DNA from: an uncultured bacterium
GTDB lineage: Bacteria > Krumholzibacteriota > Krumholzibacteriia > Krumholzibacteriales > Krumholzibacteriaceae
Reading direction: 5' to 3'
Assembly (NCBI GenBank): GCA_963846325.1
Contig: CAWJVO010000007.1
Span: forward strand, 329,404-393,403
DNA: 64,000 nucleotides
Position 1 is the first letter of the stretch. Each line of letters starts with the position of its first letter. Made by a program: the position numbers and the translations under genes. The notes beneath the pieces are model-generated. The model was not told the DNA's origin and did not search any database. It saw nothing but the letters and a program-made list of their open reading frames with translations. Positions 49,191-57,046 of this stretch are shown here, one piece after another.

Positions 49191-50453
49191 ATGTTTCAGC
49201 ACGGGCGTCCCTCGATTTTCCCGATCGTCTTCATCCTCGTCGCTTTGGCCCTTACGCTCATGTTCTGCTGCTGCGACAGCCCGACGGCGCCCGGTCCGGC
49301 CACGGACAACGGTCTCGCCGGCACCGGCGCGATCGATCCGGGCACCAGCGGCGCTTTCCTCCTCGGCGAGGTCTCGGACACTTCCATCATGGGGCCGGGG
49401 ACTCTCGAGGTCTGGGCGATGAACGTCGCGTTCGACGATTCGACGGGAATGGCGACCTTCGACGTGCAGCTCTTGAACCGCACCCGGCGCACCATCGCTC
49501 CTCCGATACGTTTCGTCGTCACCGATATCAGGCCGAACGACGTCGCCGCCGTCGACTTCGACGGCGTCTCGCGGGACGGATTTCCCTTCTACGATTTCAG
49601 CGCGAGCCTCGGCGGAGACGGCGTTCTCGAGCCCGGCGAGCGGACCGCTCGCGTCGGCATGAAATTCCATACGGTCACGGCCCGCTCGTTCGCGATCGGC
49701 TTCCGGATCGATATCGGCCCGCCGGCGGGCACGGGAACCATCGCGGGCGTCGTTTTTTTCGACGGCGACATGGACGGCGAAATGAATCGCGCGTGCCGGT
49801 GCGAACCGGGCGTCCCGGGGATCACCGTCGCTCTCGAGAAGAAGCTCGACGACGGCGACATGGTGACGCTCATCACGCGGACCGACTCGAGCGGCCAGTA
49901 CAGATTCGCGGGGCTCAGGGAAGGGGTGCACAAGGTTCTCGTCGTCGCGCCCGAGGATCGGCTGGTCACCTCGCCGAATCCGCTCCTCGTCACCCTCATT
50001 ATGGGAGCCGACGAAAAGGTTCAGGACTTTCTCGGAGCGAATTTCGGTCTCTACCCGCGGATTCCGCCCAACCCTCCCCCGACACCGGCGGTGCTTCTCT
50101 TTGGACCGATCGTAACGGGCGTATTTTCGCCGTGGGGAACGGAAATCGATTCGGCGTTCGTCGATCCGCCGTCGCCCCTCACCGTGGTCTACAAGTACTA
50201 CCTCGAAGTGGAGAATCCGCCGTTCTCGATGCCAGGCGTGATCGATTCGGCTCAGGCGTGGATCAACAACGGATTGGTCCTCACGTTTCGACCCGCTCCC
50301 CCGGACTCGACCTGGAGACCGGATAGTTACGAGCGGCGGATCGTTCAGATTCCCGACAGCCTCGTCAAGATCGGCGAAAGGAATACCATTCGCCTCTCCA
50401 TGAAGGGGGACGAGTGGGCCGTGCTCAATTGGCGGGTATACAAGAAGCCGTAA
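49191..50453 (+). CDS. exported protein with SdrD-B/Cna-B-like fold domain
   Basis: 420 aa. The hydrophobic N-terminus ends LTLMFCCCDSP (possible lipobox). The SdrD B-like repeat pattern is GTIAGVVFFDGDMDGEMN...GVPGITVAL...TDSSGQYRFAGLREGVHKV. Confidence 0.65.
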   Translation: MFQHGRPSIFPIVFILVALALTLMFCCCDSPTAPGPATDNGLAGTGAIDPGTSGAFLLGEVSDTSIMGPGTLEVWAMNVAFDDSTGMATFDVQLLNRTRRTIAPPIRFVVTDIRPNDVAAVDFDGVSRDGFPFYDFSASLGGDGVLEPGERTARVGMKFHTVTARSFAIGFRIDIGPPAGTGTIAGVVFFDGDMDGEMNRACRCEPGVPGITVALEKKLDDGDMVTLITRTDSSGQYRFAGLREGVHKVLVVAPEDRLVTSPNPLLVTLIMGADEKVQDFLGANFGLYPRIPPNPPPTPAVLLFGPIVTGVFSPWGTEIDSAFVDPPSPLTVVYKYYLEVENPPFSMPGVIDSAQAWINNGLVLTFRPAPPDSTWRPDSYERRIVQIPDSLVKIGERNTIRLSMKGDEWAVLNWRVYKKP

Positions 50454-50486
50454 AGGCGCCGTTTGGGGGAAATACGAAAAGCCGTT

Positions 50487-50518
50487 ATGGAGCCGCGCCC
50501 GCACGGACGCGGCTCCAT
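50487..50518. terminator. hairpin between convergent genes
   Basis: ATGGAGCCGCG(50487-50497) pairs with CGCGGCTCCAT(50508-50518): an 11-bp perfect stem with a 10-nt loop. Confidence 0.45.
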
Positions 50519-50535
50519 CCGTTATGAGCGGCTCG

Positions 50536-53500
50536 CTATCTGAGCAGGATCATTTTCCTGATCTGAGTGAAATCTCCCGCGATCAGCCGGTAGAAATACA
50601 CGCCCGACGCGACCGGCGTCCCTCTGTCGTTCTTCCCGTTCCAGACGGCCTTGTGGGTTCCCTGCCTCTCGATCCCGCCGGCCAGGGTCCTGACCTTCCG
50701 CCCGTTGACGTCGAATATCGCGATATCCACCGGGCCCGTCCTCGCCAGCGAGTACTCGATCGTCGTCGACGGATTGAACGGGTTCGGATAGTTCTGCGAG
50801 AGCGAGAACGCGATCGCCGGAAGACCGCCGGCGCCGGTGGTCGCGCGTATGGAGAAGTAGCCGTCGCACACGTCCTCTCCGGTCAGATTCCCCGGATCGA
50901 ACGCGACGACCCTGATCATGCACGAATCGGACGCGATCTCCGGAGCGATCCACCGGTAGAGCGAATCGTTCGGCTCGCCGCTCGCGATGAGAATGAAATC
51001 GCTCCCGGCGTTTTGAGAATAGAAGACGCTGACGGAATCGACCTGTCTGTTGTCCGCTGCCGTCCATCGAATATCAACCGTGTCGCCCGGCGCGAAGGCC
51101 TCCCCGCCGGCCGGGTACACCACCGCGACCGTCGGCGGAATGAGATCCGGGCCCGCCGCGCACGCGCCGTCGGCGTTCGAATAGCCGCCCGCGTACCCCG
51201 CGTCGCTCACGACGCAGACGCGGTAATACTTGCAGCCCGCCACAGGATGGTGCAGGAAGGAATTGATCGCGGCGCCGACCGTGCCGACGAAGTTCGAGAT
51301 GTCGGGCAGGAAACCGGCCGCGGTGTCCGAATAGACCGCGTAGTAATCCAATCCCGTCGGGACCACGCCTTCCCACGAGACCTCGATCGTCGTGTCGTTC
51401 ACGGCCGCGGCGACGAGATCCCGCACGTACGCGGGAGCCGCGAAGACCGCGCCCGGCCCGCCGAAGGCGCCCTGATCGGCGATCGATCCGTCGGGATCGT
51501 ATCCGGCGGGATCGCCGGCGTCGACGCTCCCCGAATGGACGCCGAGGTGGTAGTCCATACCCGTCGTATCCGCATATGCCGGATTCCTGCTCGAGTTGGT
51601 CGAATCGCTCACGACGGTCACGACGTCCGAAGGCGCGTTGCCGAAACAGTTGTTGTACTGGAACGTGATGCCGGTTTCGGCGGCCGCCTGGAATCCGTTG
51701 GGGCTGCCGTAGGTGACGACGTTGTTCCTGACGTCGAGGGGCGCCGCCGCCGTCCCCACGAAGGCGTTTCCTCCCGCGAACCCCGAGGTGTTGCGGTCGA
51801 TCGTGTTGTTCGTCCACGCTCCCCAGCAGCTGTCGGCGTACACGCCCCCGGCGATCGCGTAGGTTCCGTTCGCGGCGACGAGGGAGTTCGCCATATCGAA
51901 CTGAGCCGCCCTGCTGTAGATCCCTCCGCCCATCGAGGCCGCGGTGTTGTTCGTGACATAGGTATTGTGCATCGACAGGGACGAATGATCGGCGCAGATC
52001 CCGCCGCCGTTGAGTGCCGCCCCGTTCGAATGGACGGAATCGCCGGACGTCGAGAGAGGAGAAAGCTTCGCGTAGATCCCTCCGCCCTCCTGGTAGCCCG
52101 TATTGGCGAAGATGACGTTGCCGGCCATGGCGACGTCGGACTGCCGCGCGTAGATTCCGCCGCCGTTCCTCATGCCGGTATACTCGGCGTTCGGATGGGC
52201 TCCGGAAATAGCGTTATCCGTGATCGCGGCCGTCGCCTGATAGAGATAGATCCCGCCGCCGCTCTGGGCGGCGCAATCGGTGATCGTGTTTCCGGAAATC
52301 GTGACGGAGCCGTTCCAGACGGCTATTCCGCCGCCGCCGCTGAATCCCGTGATCCCCGCGTACCCGCATCCGGCGATGATATTGTTCTTGATCACGGCCG
52401 GAGTGCCGTTGACGAGTATCCCGCCTCCGTAGACCCCGAAATCGGGCAGCAGCAGTTCGGTCCCGGTGCCGCCCGTGATCGTGAATCCCTCGATGCCGGG
52501 CGATCCCGAGACGATCGAGAGGAAGGAAACCACGCTTCCGTAGGATTGAATCGTCGTTACGTTGGTCTGCGGATTCCTCGCGGAGAATCCGGCGTCCCAC
52601 CCGCCCTGGAGATACACGGGCTTGTCGACGACGATCGCCGACGAATAGATCGCCGCCGCGACCATGATCGAATCGCCGTCGACGGCGGCGTCGATCGCGT
52701 CCTGAATATCGCGCGCGGCCCACGCCGGTATGGAATAGGGATACACGTCGCCTCCCGAGGGAGACACGTAACGGTACATCCCCTTGATCGTGAAATCGCC
52801 CGCCATCATGTCGGAACTGATGACGCTCCCGTCCGCGTATGCAGCGATATACAGGCGGGCGGTCGACACCGGGAGATTCGGCACAGTCCAGTTGTATGAC
52901 GTCACGCCGACGAGACCGGTCGCGACGGTGTACGGGAAGCTCGCGCCGCTGTCGAGGCTCAGGAGAATGCTGACGGAATCCGGCTCGCCGGCGACCGTCC
53001 AGGTGATCGCGTATGAATCTCCGACGTCCAGCGTCGCGCCGGGGGCCGGAGCGACGATATCGATCGGCATCGGATTGACGAGAAAGGTCATCGACGGTCC
53101 CGTTCCGCTCACCCCGGCGATGTCAAGGCCGAGCGGCACGTTGGTGTAGCTCAGGTTGTTGGGCGTCGTCGTCGCGTTGAATTCGGTCGCGTTTCCCGAC
53201 CGGAAATAGTCGGAATCTTCGCCGCTGTTCGCGTTGAGCGCGAGATGCTGCGTTCCGCTCGCTTCCTCCAGATCGACGAGGTAATGCGTCTGGTCGTCGT
53301 TGTTGGACATGGTCTCGTCCACGTGCCAGATCAGCAGCCCCCTCTGCGTGCCGGGAAGCCCCGAATCGAATCCGGCTCCCTGGCGGTTCTCGACGAGGAA
53401 ATACTGCGTGGCCGGAAACGGACCCTGCAGCTTGTAGCTCTGCGCGACCGTCGCCGCCTGGGAAAGGGTGAAAAATCCGCTGCCGGTGATGAGCGTGGGC

Positions 53501-54669
53501 GTCACCCAGCCGAGGTCGGCCTTGCACCAGGCGCTCATGTGCGCGGGCTTGGTCCCGTAGCTGCCGTTCCAGGAACCTCCCGCCATCAGGCAGAAGAGCC
53601 CCGCCCCACGGCTGTCGTAGCCGTAATCGTACAGATCGGGCAGCCCGATGAAGTGCCCCGTCTCGTGGCAGATGACGCCGATCCTGGTTATTCCCCACGT
53701 GCTCGGGGTCGAATCCCAGCCCCTGCGGGCGGGCTCCGTGTGGTACTGGCGCATGCTCACGCCGTCGTAGGTCACCGTGCTGGTCATCGCCCACGCATGC
53801 GACCAGATATAGTTCGCGTCGTTGCCGGAGTATTCCTCTCCTCCGCCGGCATGGATGATCGTGAGCCCGTCCACCCAGCCGTCGCCGTTTCCGTCCATCG
53901 CGGCGAAATTGAAGCCCCTGGCCTCGAGGGCAGCCAGAGCCTGCTGGACCATCAGGCGCGGCCTGAGATCGTTTCCGTACGCGTCGTTGGCTCCGTAGTA
54001 GGCGTATCCGCTCGCGAGGGTCACGGCCGCCGCGACGGTCGATTGAACGGAGTATGTCCCGTAGGAAGTCTCGTTGTAATAGTCCTTCACCGATCCCGCG
54101 GCGCCGTCGGTCGTGTATCCAATCTGGTTGAACAGGTTGTCGAATTCCAGCGTCGTGTTCGTTATCGCGAGATCCGAAAAATTCACGAGAACGACGAGGT
54201 TCTTCATCGTGCCGGCCGCGGGCGCCTTCTGCACGCCGTCGTCCGCCTGCAGCATGGGACTCTGCCGAATCGCCGCGCGCATACTGGCGATGTTCGGCTT
54301 CGAGATGCCCGCGGCGAGCGGATCGACGCGGCCCACGATATAGCTCGTCGGCGCGAGCACGCCCAGATCCTCGCGGGCATACACCCACCACAACCCGTCC
54401 GCCGACTTGACGACCGGGAATCCCGCCTCGTCCTCGTTCCAGTGGAGATACTCGTCTCCCTGGAGGTATATCGTCACTTTCGAGCCGTCGGGCTGCTGCA
54501 CGACGGCCGGCTCGGGAGCGGCCTTGACGCCGAGCGCCCGGCTGGAAAAAAGCGCAAGAAAACAGGCTATGCAGAGAGCCAGGATGATCGCCGGATACGG
54601 CATTTCGCGCTTTTCCGTATACGCTATTGCATCGCTTCTCGTCCCCGCGGATTGTCTTGCCAGGCGCAT
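50536..54669 (-). CDS. M6 (immune inhibitor A-like) metalloprotease fused to a right-handed beta-helix region and a T9SS-type C-terminal sorting domain
   Basis: ATG 54669 has AAAGGAGA 7 nt upstream (the ORF track extends to 54792). HETGHFIGLPDLYD is an HExxH site in an M6-like context. About 15 PbH1-like repeats (GGGIY..., N..I..N). The C-terminus is LSQNYPNPFNPSTTIEYSL...GVYFYRLIAGDFTQIRKMILLR (Por/FlgD-Ig-like secretion tail). Confidence 0.85.
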   Translation of the reverse strand: MRLARQSAGTRSDAIAYTEKREMPYPAIILALCIACFLALFSSRALGVKAAPEPAVVQQPDGSKVTIYLQGDEYLHWNEDEAGFPVVKSADGLWWVYAREDLGVLAPTSYIVGRVDPLAAGISKPNIASMRAAIRQSPMLQADDGVQKAPAAGTMKNLVVLVNFSDLAITNTTLEFDNLFNQIGYTTDGAAGSVKDYYNETSYGTYSVQSTVAAAVTLASGYAYYGANDAYGNDLRPRLMVQQALAALEARGFNFAAMDGNGDGWVDGLTIIHAGGGEEYSGNDANYIWSHAWAMTSTVTYDGVSMRQYHTEPARRGWDSTPSTWGITRIGVICHETGHFIGLPDLYDYGYDSRGAGLFCLMAGGSWNGSYGTKPAHMSAWCKADLGWVTPTLITGSGFFTLSQAATVAQSYKLQGPFPATQYFLVENRQGAGFDSGLPGTQRGLLIWHVDETMSNNDDQTHYLVDLEEASGTQHLALNANSGEDSDYFRSGNATEFNATTTPNNLSYTNVPLGLDIAGVSGTGPSMTFLVNPMPIDIVAPAPGATLDVGDSYAITWTVAGEPDSVSILLSLDSGASFPYTVATGLVGVTSYNWTVPNLPVSTARLYIAAYADGSVISSDMMAGDFTIKGMYRYVSPSGGDVYPYSIPAWAARDIQDAIDAAVDGDSIMVAAAIYSSAIVVDKPVYLQGGWDAGFSARNPQTNVTTIQSYGSVVSFLSIVSGSPGIEGFTITGGTGTELLLPDFGVYGGGILVNGTPAVIKNNIIAGCGYAGITGFSGGGGIAVWNGSVTISGNTITDCAAQSGGGIYLYQATAAITDNAISGAHPNAEYTGMRNGGGIYARQSDVAMAGNVIFANTGYQEGGGIYAKLSPLSTSGDSVHSNGAALNGGGICADHSSLSMHNTYVTNNTAASMGGGIYSRAAQFDMANSLVAANGTYAIAGGVYADSCWGAWTNNTIDRNTSGFAGGNAFVGTAAAPLDVRNNVVTYGSPNGFQAAAETGITFQYNNCFGNAPSDVVTVVSDSTNSSRNPAYADTTGMDYHLGVHSGSVDAGDPAGYDPDGSIADQGAFGGPGAVFAAPAYVRDLVAAAVNDTTIEVSWEGVVPTGLDYYAVYSDTAAGFLPDISNFVGTVGAAINSFLHHPVAGCKYYRVCVVSDAGYAGGYSNADGACAAGPDLIPPTVAVVYPAGGEAFAPGDTVDIRWTAADNRQVDSVSVFYSQNAGSDFILIASGEPNDSLYRWIAPEIASDSCMIRVVAFDPGNLTGEDVCDGYFSIRATTGAGGLPAIAFSLSQNYPNPFNPSTTIEYSLARTGPVDIAIFDVNGRKVRTLAGGIERQGTHKAVWNGKNDRGTPVASGVYFYRLIAGDFTQIRKMILLR

Positions 54670-54902
54670 GAGGATCTCCTTTGAAGAAACAGCACGACGT
54701 AGCTCGACCTTTAAAGGAACGGGAGAGAGTATCGAGCGGAACAACAGCACCGCACAGTGCACGGGCACGATCGCGACGCCCGGGCATACCACCCATCTAC
54801 TATAATATACAGCAAGCGCCGGGCCATTTCAAGACCGCCGCGCCGGGCTTCGCCTCGAGGGTTGCGCCTGGCGCGGCATCGCCGAAACGGCCGCGCCGGC
54901 CG

Positions 54903-55526
54903 CTATTGCTTTTCCGGATTCAGCTCGTTGACGTCGAGCTTCTGGACTTCCCCTTCGTAGTATTTGATCGACGCGGGGAATTTCTTCATGAAACCGCCGA
55001 TCATCGACGGCCAGGCCGATCCGCGGTACGTATTGTAATCCCTGATGGTGACGATCCAATCATCGAGGGCCGTCTTGATCTCGTTGACCGACGATTCCAT
55101 GTTGCGCATGTTCTCCTGCGCGGTTTCGACCGCGCGAAGCTCCGGGTAGGCCTCGACCTGGATTCTGAACGCCATCGCGGCCTTGACGACCTCCGTCCCC
55201 GCCTGCGTCAACGCCTCCGTGTCCTTCCCCTCGGCCGCCGCCTTTTCGAACGCCTCTCTCGCCGTGTCGTAGCCGCTCCGCGCCTGCGCGACCGCGATGA
55301 ACGTCTCCGATTCGTGCTTCATGTACTGATTCGCGATTTCCCAGACGCCCTTGATCTTTTCCGTGCAGGTGTTGAGAGCCGCCGAATAGTGAGACTTGCC
55401 CCCTTCCACCGCCTGATAGCCGCGATTGAGCTTGTTCCAAACGCCGACGGCCGACGACACGATGGATATCGCAAGGATCGCAAGGACCAGCACGACCACC
55501 ATGACGCCTATCGACTTCTTCGTCAT
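54903..55526 (-). CDS. lemA: LemA family protein
   Basis: 207 aa with an AAAGGAG RBS. One N-terminal TM helix, then the LemA helical bundle (WNKLNRGYQAVEGGKSHYSAAL..., AYPELRAVETAQ...). Confidence 0.85.
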   Translation of the reverse strand: MTKKSIGVMVVVLVLAILAISIVSSAVGVWNKLNRGYQAVEGGKSHYSAALNTCTEKIKGVWEIANQYMKHESETFIAVAQARSGYDTAREAFEKAAAEGKDTEALTQAGTEVVKAAMAFRIQVEAYPELRAVETAQENMRNMESSVNEIKTALDDWIVTIRDYNTYRGSAWPSMIGGFMKKFPASIKYYEGEVQKLDVNELNPEKQ

Positions 55527-55544
55527 CTGAGGCTCCTTTCCTCG

Positions 55545-56090
55545 TTATTTCCCGCCGCTCCGTATCGTTCTCAAGACCTGATCCGTCCGGGCGATCAGCG
55601 TCATCACCCCTTTGTCGTAATTGTTGAAATTCAGATACTCGATCGTCTCGTCCATGATGGGGCTGTAATCCACCGTCGTGAAGCCGGGAAGCCCTCTCCC
55701 CACGGAAACCGTCAATTTTTCCGGGGCGTCGGGCCGGATCAGCCACACGAGCCCCTTGTTTCCGCCTTCGGTGCTCAGGCCCTTCTTGCCGAGACCGAGC
55801 CATCGCCCGTAATGAGTGGCCCAGTCCTCCGGCTGCTTGACTCCGTTGATCACTATCACGACGACCTCGGCGACGCCGTCGGTCTTGAGCCGCTCGCAGA
55901 TTGCGTCCCCTCCCGCGATAGCCGAATCGGACAGGGCGCCCGCCGCGTCGATCACCCAGGAAGCGGCAAGCGGCGGAAAGGCCGGATCCCCCTTCGGCAC
56001 CGAGACGTTCTTGTCATAGCGGTCGCTCGTCCCCCCGCAGGCCGCAAGAAGCGCCAGTCCGCACAGAAGGCACGGCACGATTCTCCTCAT
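55545..56090 (-). CDS. TPM-domain lipoprotein
   Basis: 181 aa with the lipobox LLAACG. The TPM pattern is VIDAAGALS...AEVVVIVINGV...WLGLGKKG...NKGLVWLIRPD...VSVGRGL. ATGA overlap with the upstream gene. Confidence 0.8.
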   Translation of the reverse strand: MRRIVPCLLCGLALLAACGGTSDRYDKNVSVPKGDPAFPPLAASWVIDAAGALSDSAIAGGDAICERLKTDGVAEVVVIVINGVKQPEDWATHYGRWLGLGKKGLSTEGGNKGLVWLIRPDAPEKLTVSVGRGLPGFTTVDYSPIMDETIEYLNFNNYDKGVMTLIARTDQVLRTIRSGGK

Positions 56091-57046
56091 GATTCCCTCT
56101 TTTTCCCGCAGACCGGGCAGCTATGCTCCAGCTTCCTGCTGCACCCCGCCCCTCCCCCGCCGGCGCACGCGCAGGCGCAGGCGCAGCTGACGCAGGCGCA
56201 TGCGCACGACATCGACGCGCCGCCGAATCCGCCTCCCCCGCCGCTCGATCTCCCGCCGCCGGATCGGCCGCCGCCCCGGGGGCCGCCGGGGATCCCCCCG
56301 TAGAACATCCTGCCGCCGGAATAGCCCGCCCTCGCCGATAACACCACCAGAATAACGATGAAAACGATGAATCCGACGACGATGAAGGCGATGGCGCCCT
56401 TCGCCGCCGCGCTCCCGCCGGAAGCGCTCTTCAGATTGCCCTTGGCCATTCCCTCCGGAACGAGCGAGACGGGAAAAGATACGTGAATGGTGAAATGCTC
56501 TCCCTCGCCGAGGCCGTACGCGTTCCACACCATCTCGTCGCCCGAGACAAGGGACGGCGGGGGATCCGCGACGACGGAGTCCAGGCTCGCGAAGAATCTC
56601 ACGCTCACCCGCAGCGTATCGGTGACGGCGCGGTCGTACCATCCGGGCGTGAAATCGAGCTTGTAGCTCCGCCCCTCGGCGTAGAACAGGCCCCGCTGAA
56701 CGATCGAGAAGGACGCTTCGAAGGTCTCCCCGGGCCCGTAATCCCGATCGAGATCGAGCCGCACGCCGCTCCAGCCGCCTTCGCTCGCGTCCTCGGCGCC
56801 GCCGACCGCGCCGCCCGAACCCGCGATGGCGAAATTGCCGTTCGGCGTGCCCACCGTGATCCAGGGGATATGCCCGCCGGTCACGAGCCATTTCTGATAG
56901 TAATCGACCGCGACCGTGCCGTCGGAACGGGGGGTCAGGCCGACCCGGTAGCTCACGATGCGATAGGTCCCGGTGTCTCCGAAGGCGTAGCCGCATAACG
57001 AAAGCACACTCGCCGCCGCGAGGGCGATCAGCGCCAGCTTCTTCAT
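56087..57046 (-). CDS. DUF2207-N-like single-pass membrane protein with Gly/Arg linker and Cys-Ala repeat C-terminal tail
   Basis: The track shows it only as the C-terminal part of the 778-aa ORF 56087..58423. ATG 57046 overlaps (ATGA) the corrected radical SAM stop. It has the signal peptide MKKLALIALAAASVLSLCGYAFG, a ~190-aa beta-rich ectodomain and the TM helix AIAFIVVGFIVFIVILVVL. The tail ends ...GGGGGFGGASMSCACACVSCACACACAGGGGAGCSRKLEHSCPVCGKKRES. Confidence 0.75.
   Translation of the reverse strand: MKKLALIALAAASVLSLCGYAFGDTGTYRIVSYRVGLTPRSDGTVAVDYYQKWLVTGGHIPWITVGTPNGNFAIAGSGGAVGGAEDASEGGWSGVRLDLDRDYGPGETFEASFSIVQRGLFYAEGRSYKLDFTPGWYDRAVTDTLRVSVRFFASLDSVVADPPPSLVSGDEMVWNAYGLGEGEHFTIHVSFPVSLVPEGMAKGNLKSASGGSAAAKGAIAFIVVGFIVFIVILVVLSARAGYSGGRMFYGGIPGGPRGGGRSGGGRSSGGGGGFGGASMSCACACVSCACACACAGGGGAGCSRKLEHSCPVCGKKRES

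Noticed and set aside
56140-56290. GC-rich, repeat-looking DNA (gcgcaggcgcaggcgcagctgacgcaggcgcatgcgcac...) as a microsatellite or CRISPR-like repeat
   Set aside because: It is the coding sequence of the Cys-Ala/Gly tail on the minus strand. There is no repeat-spacer periodicity, and no CRISPR array is seen anywhere in the window.
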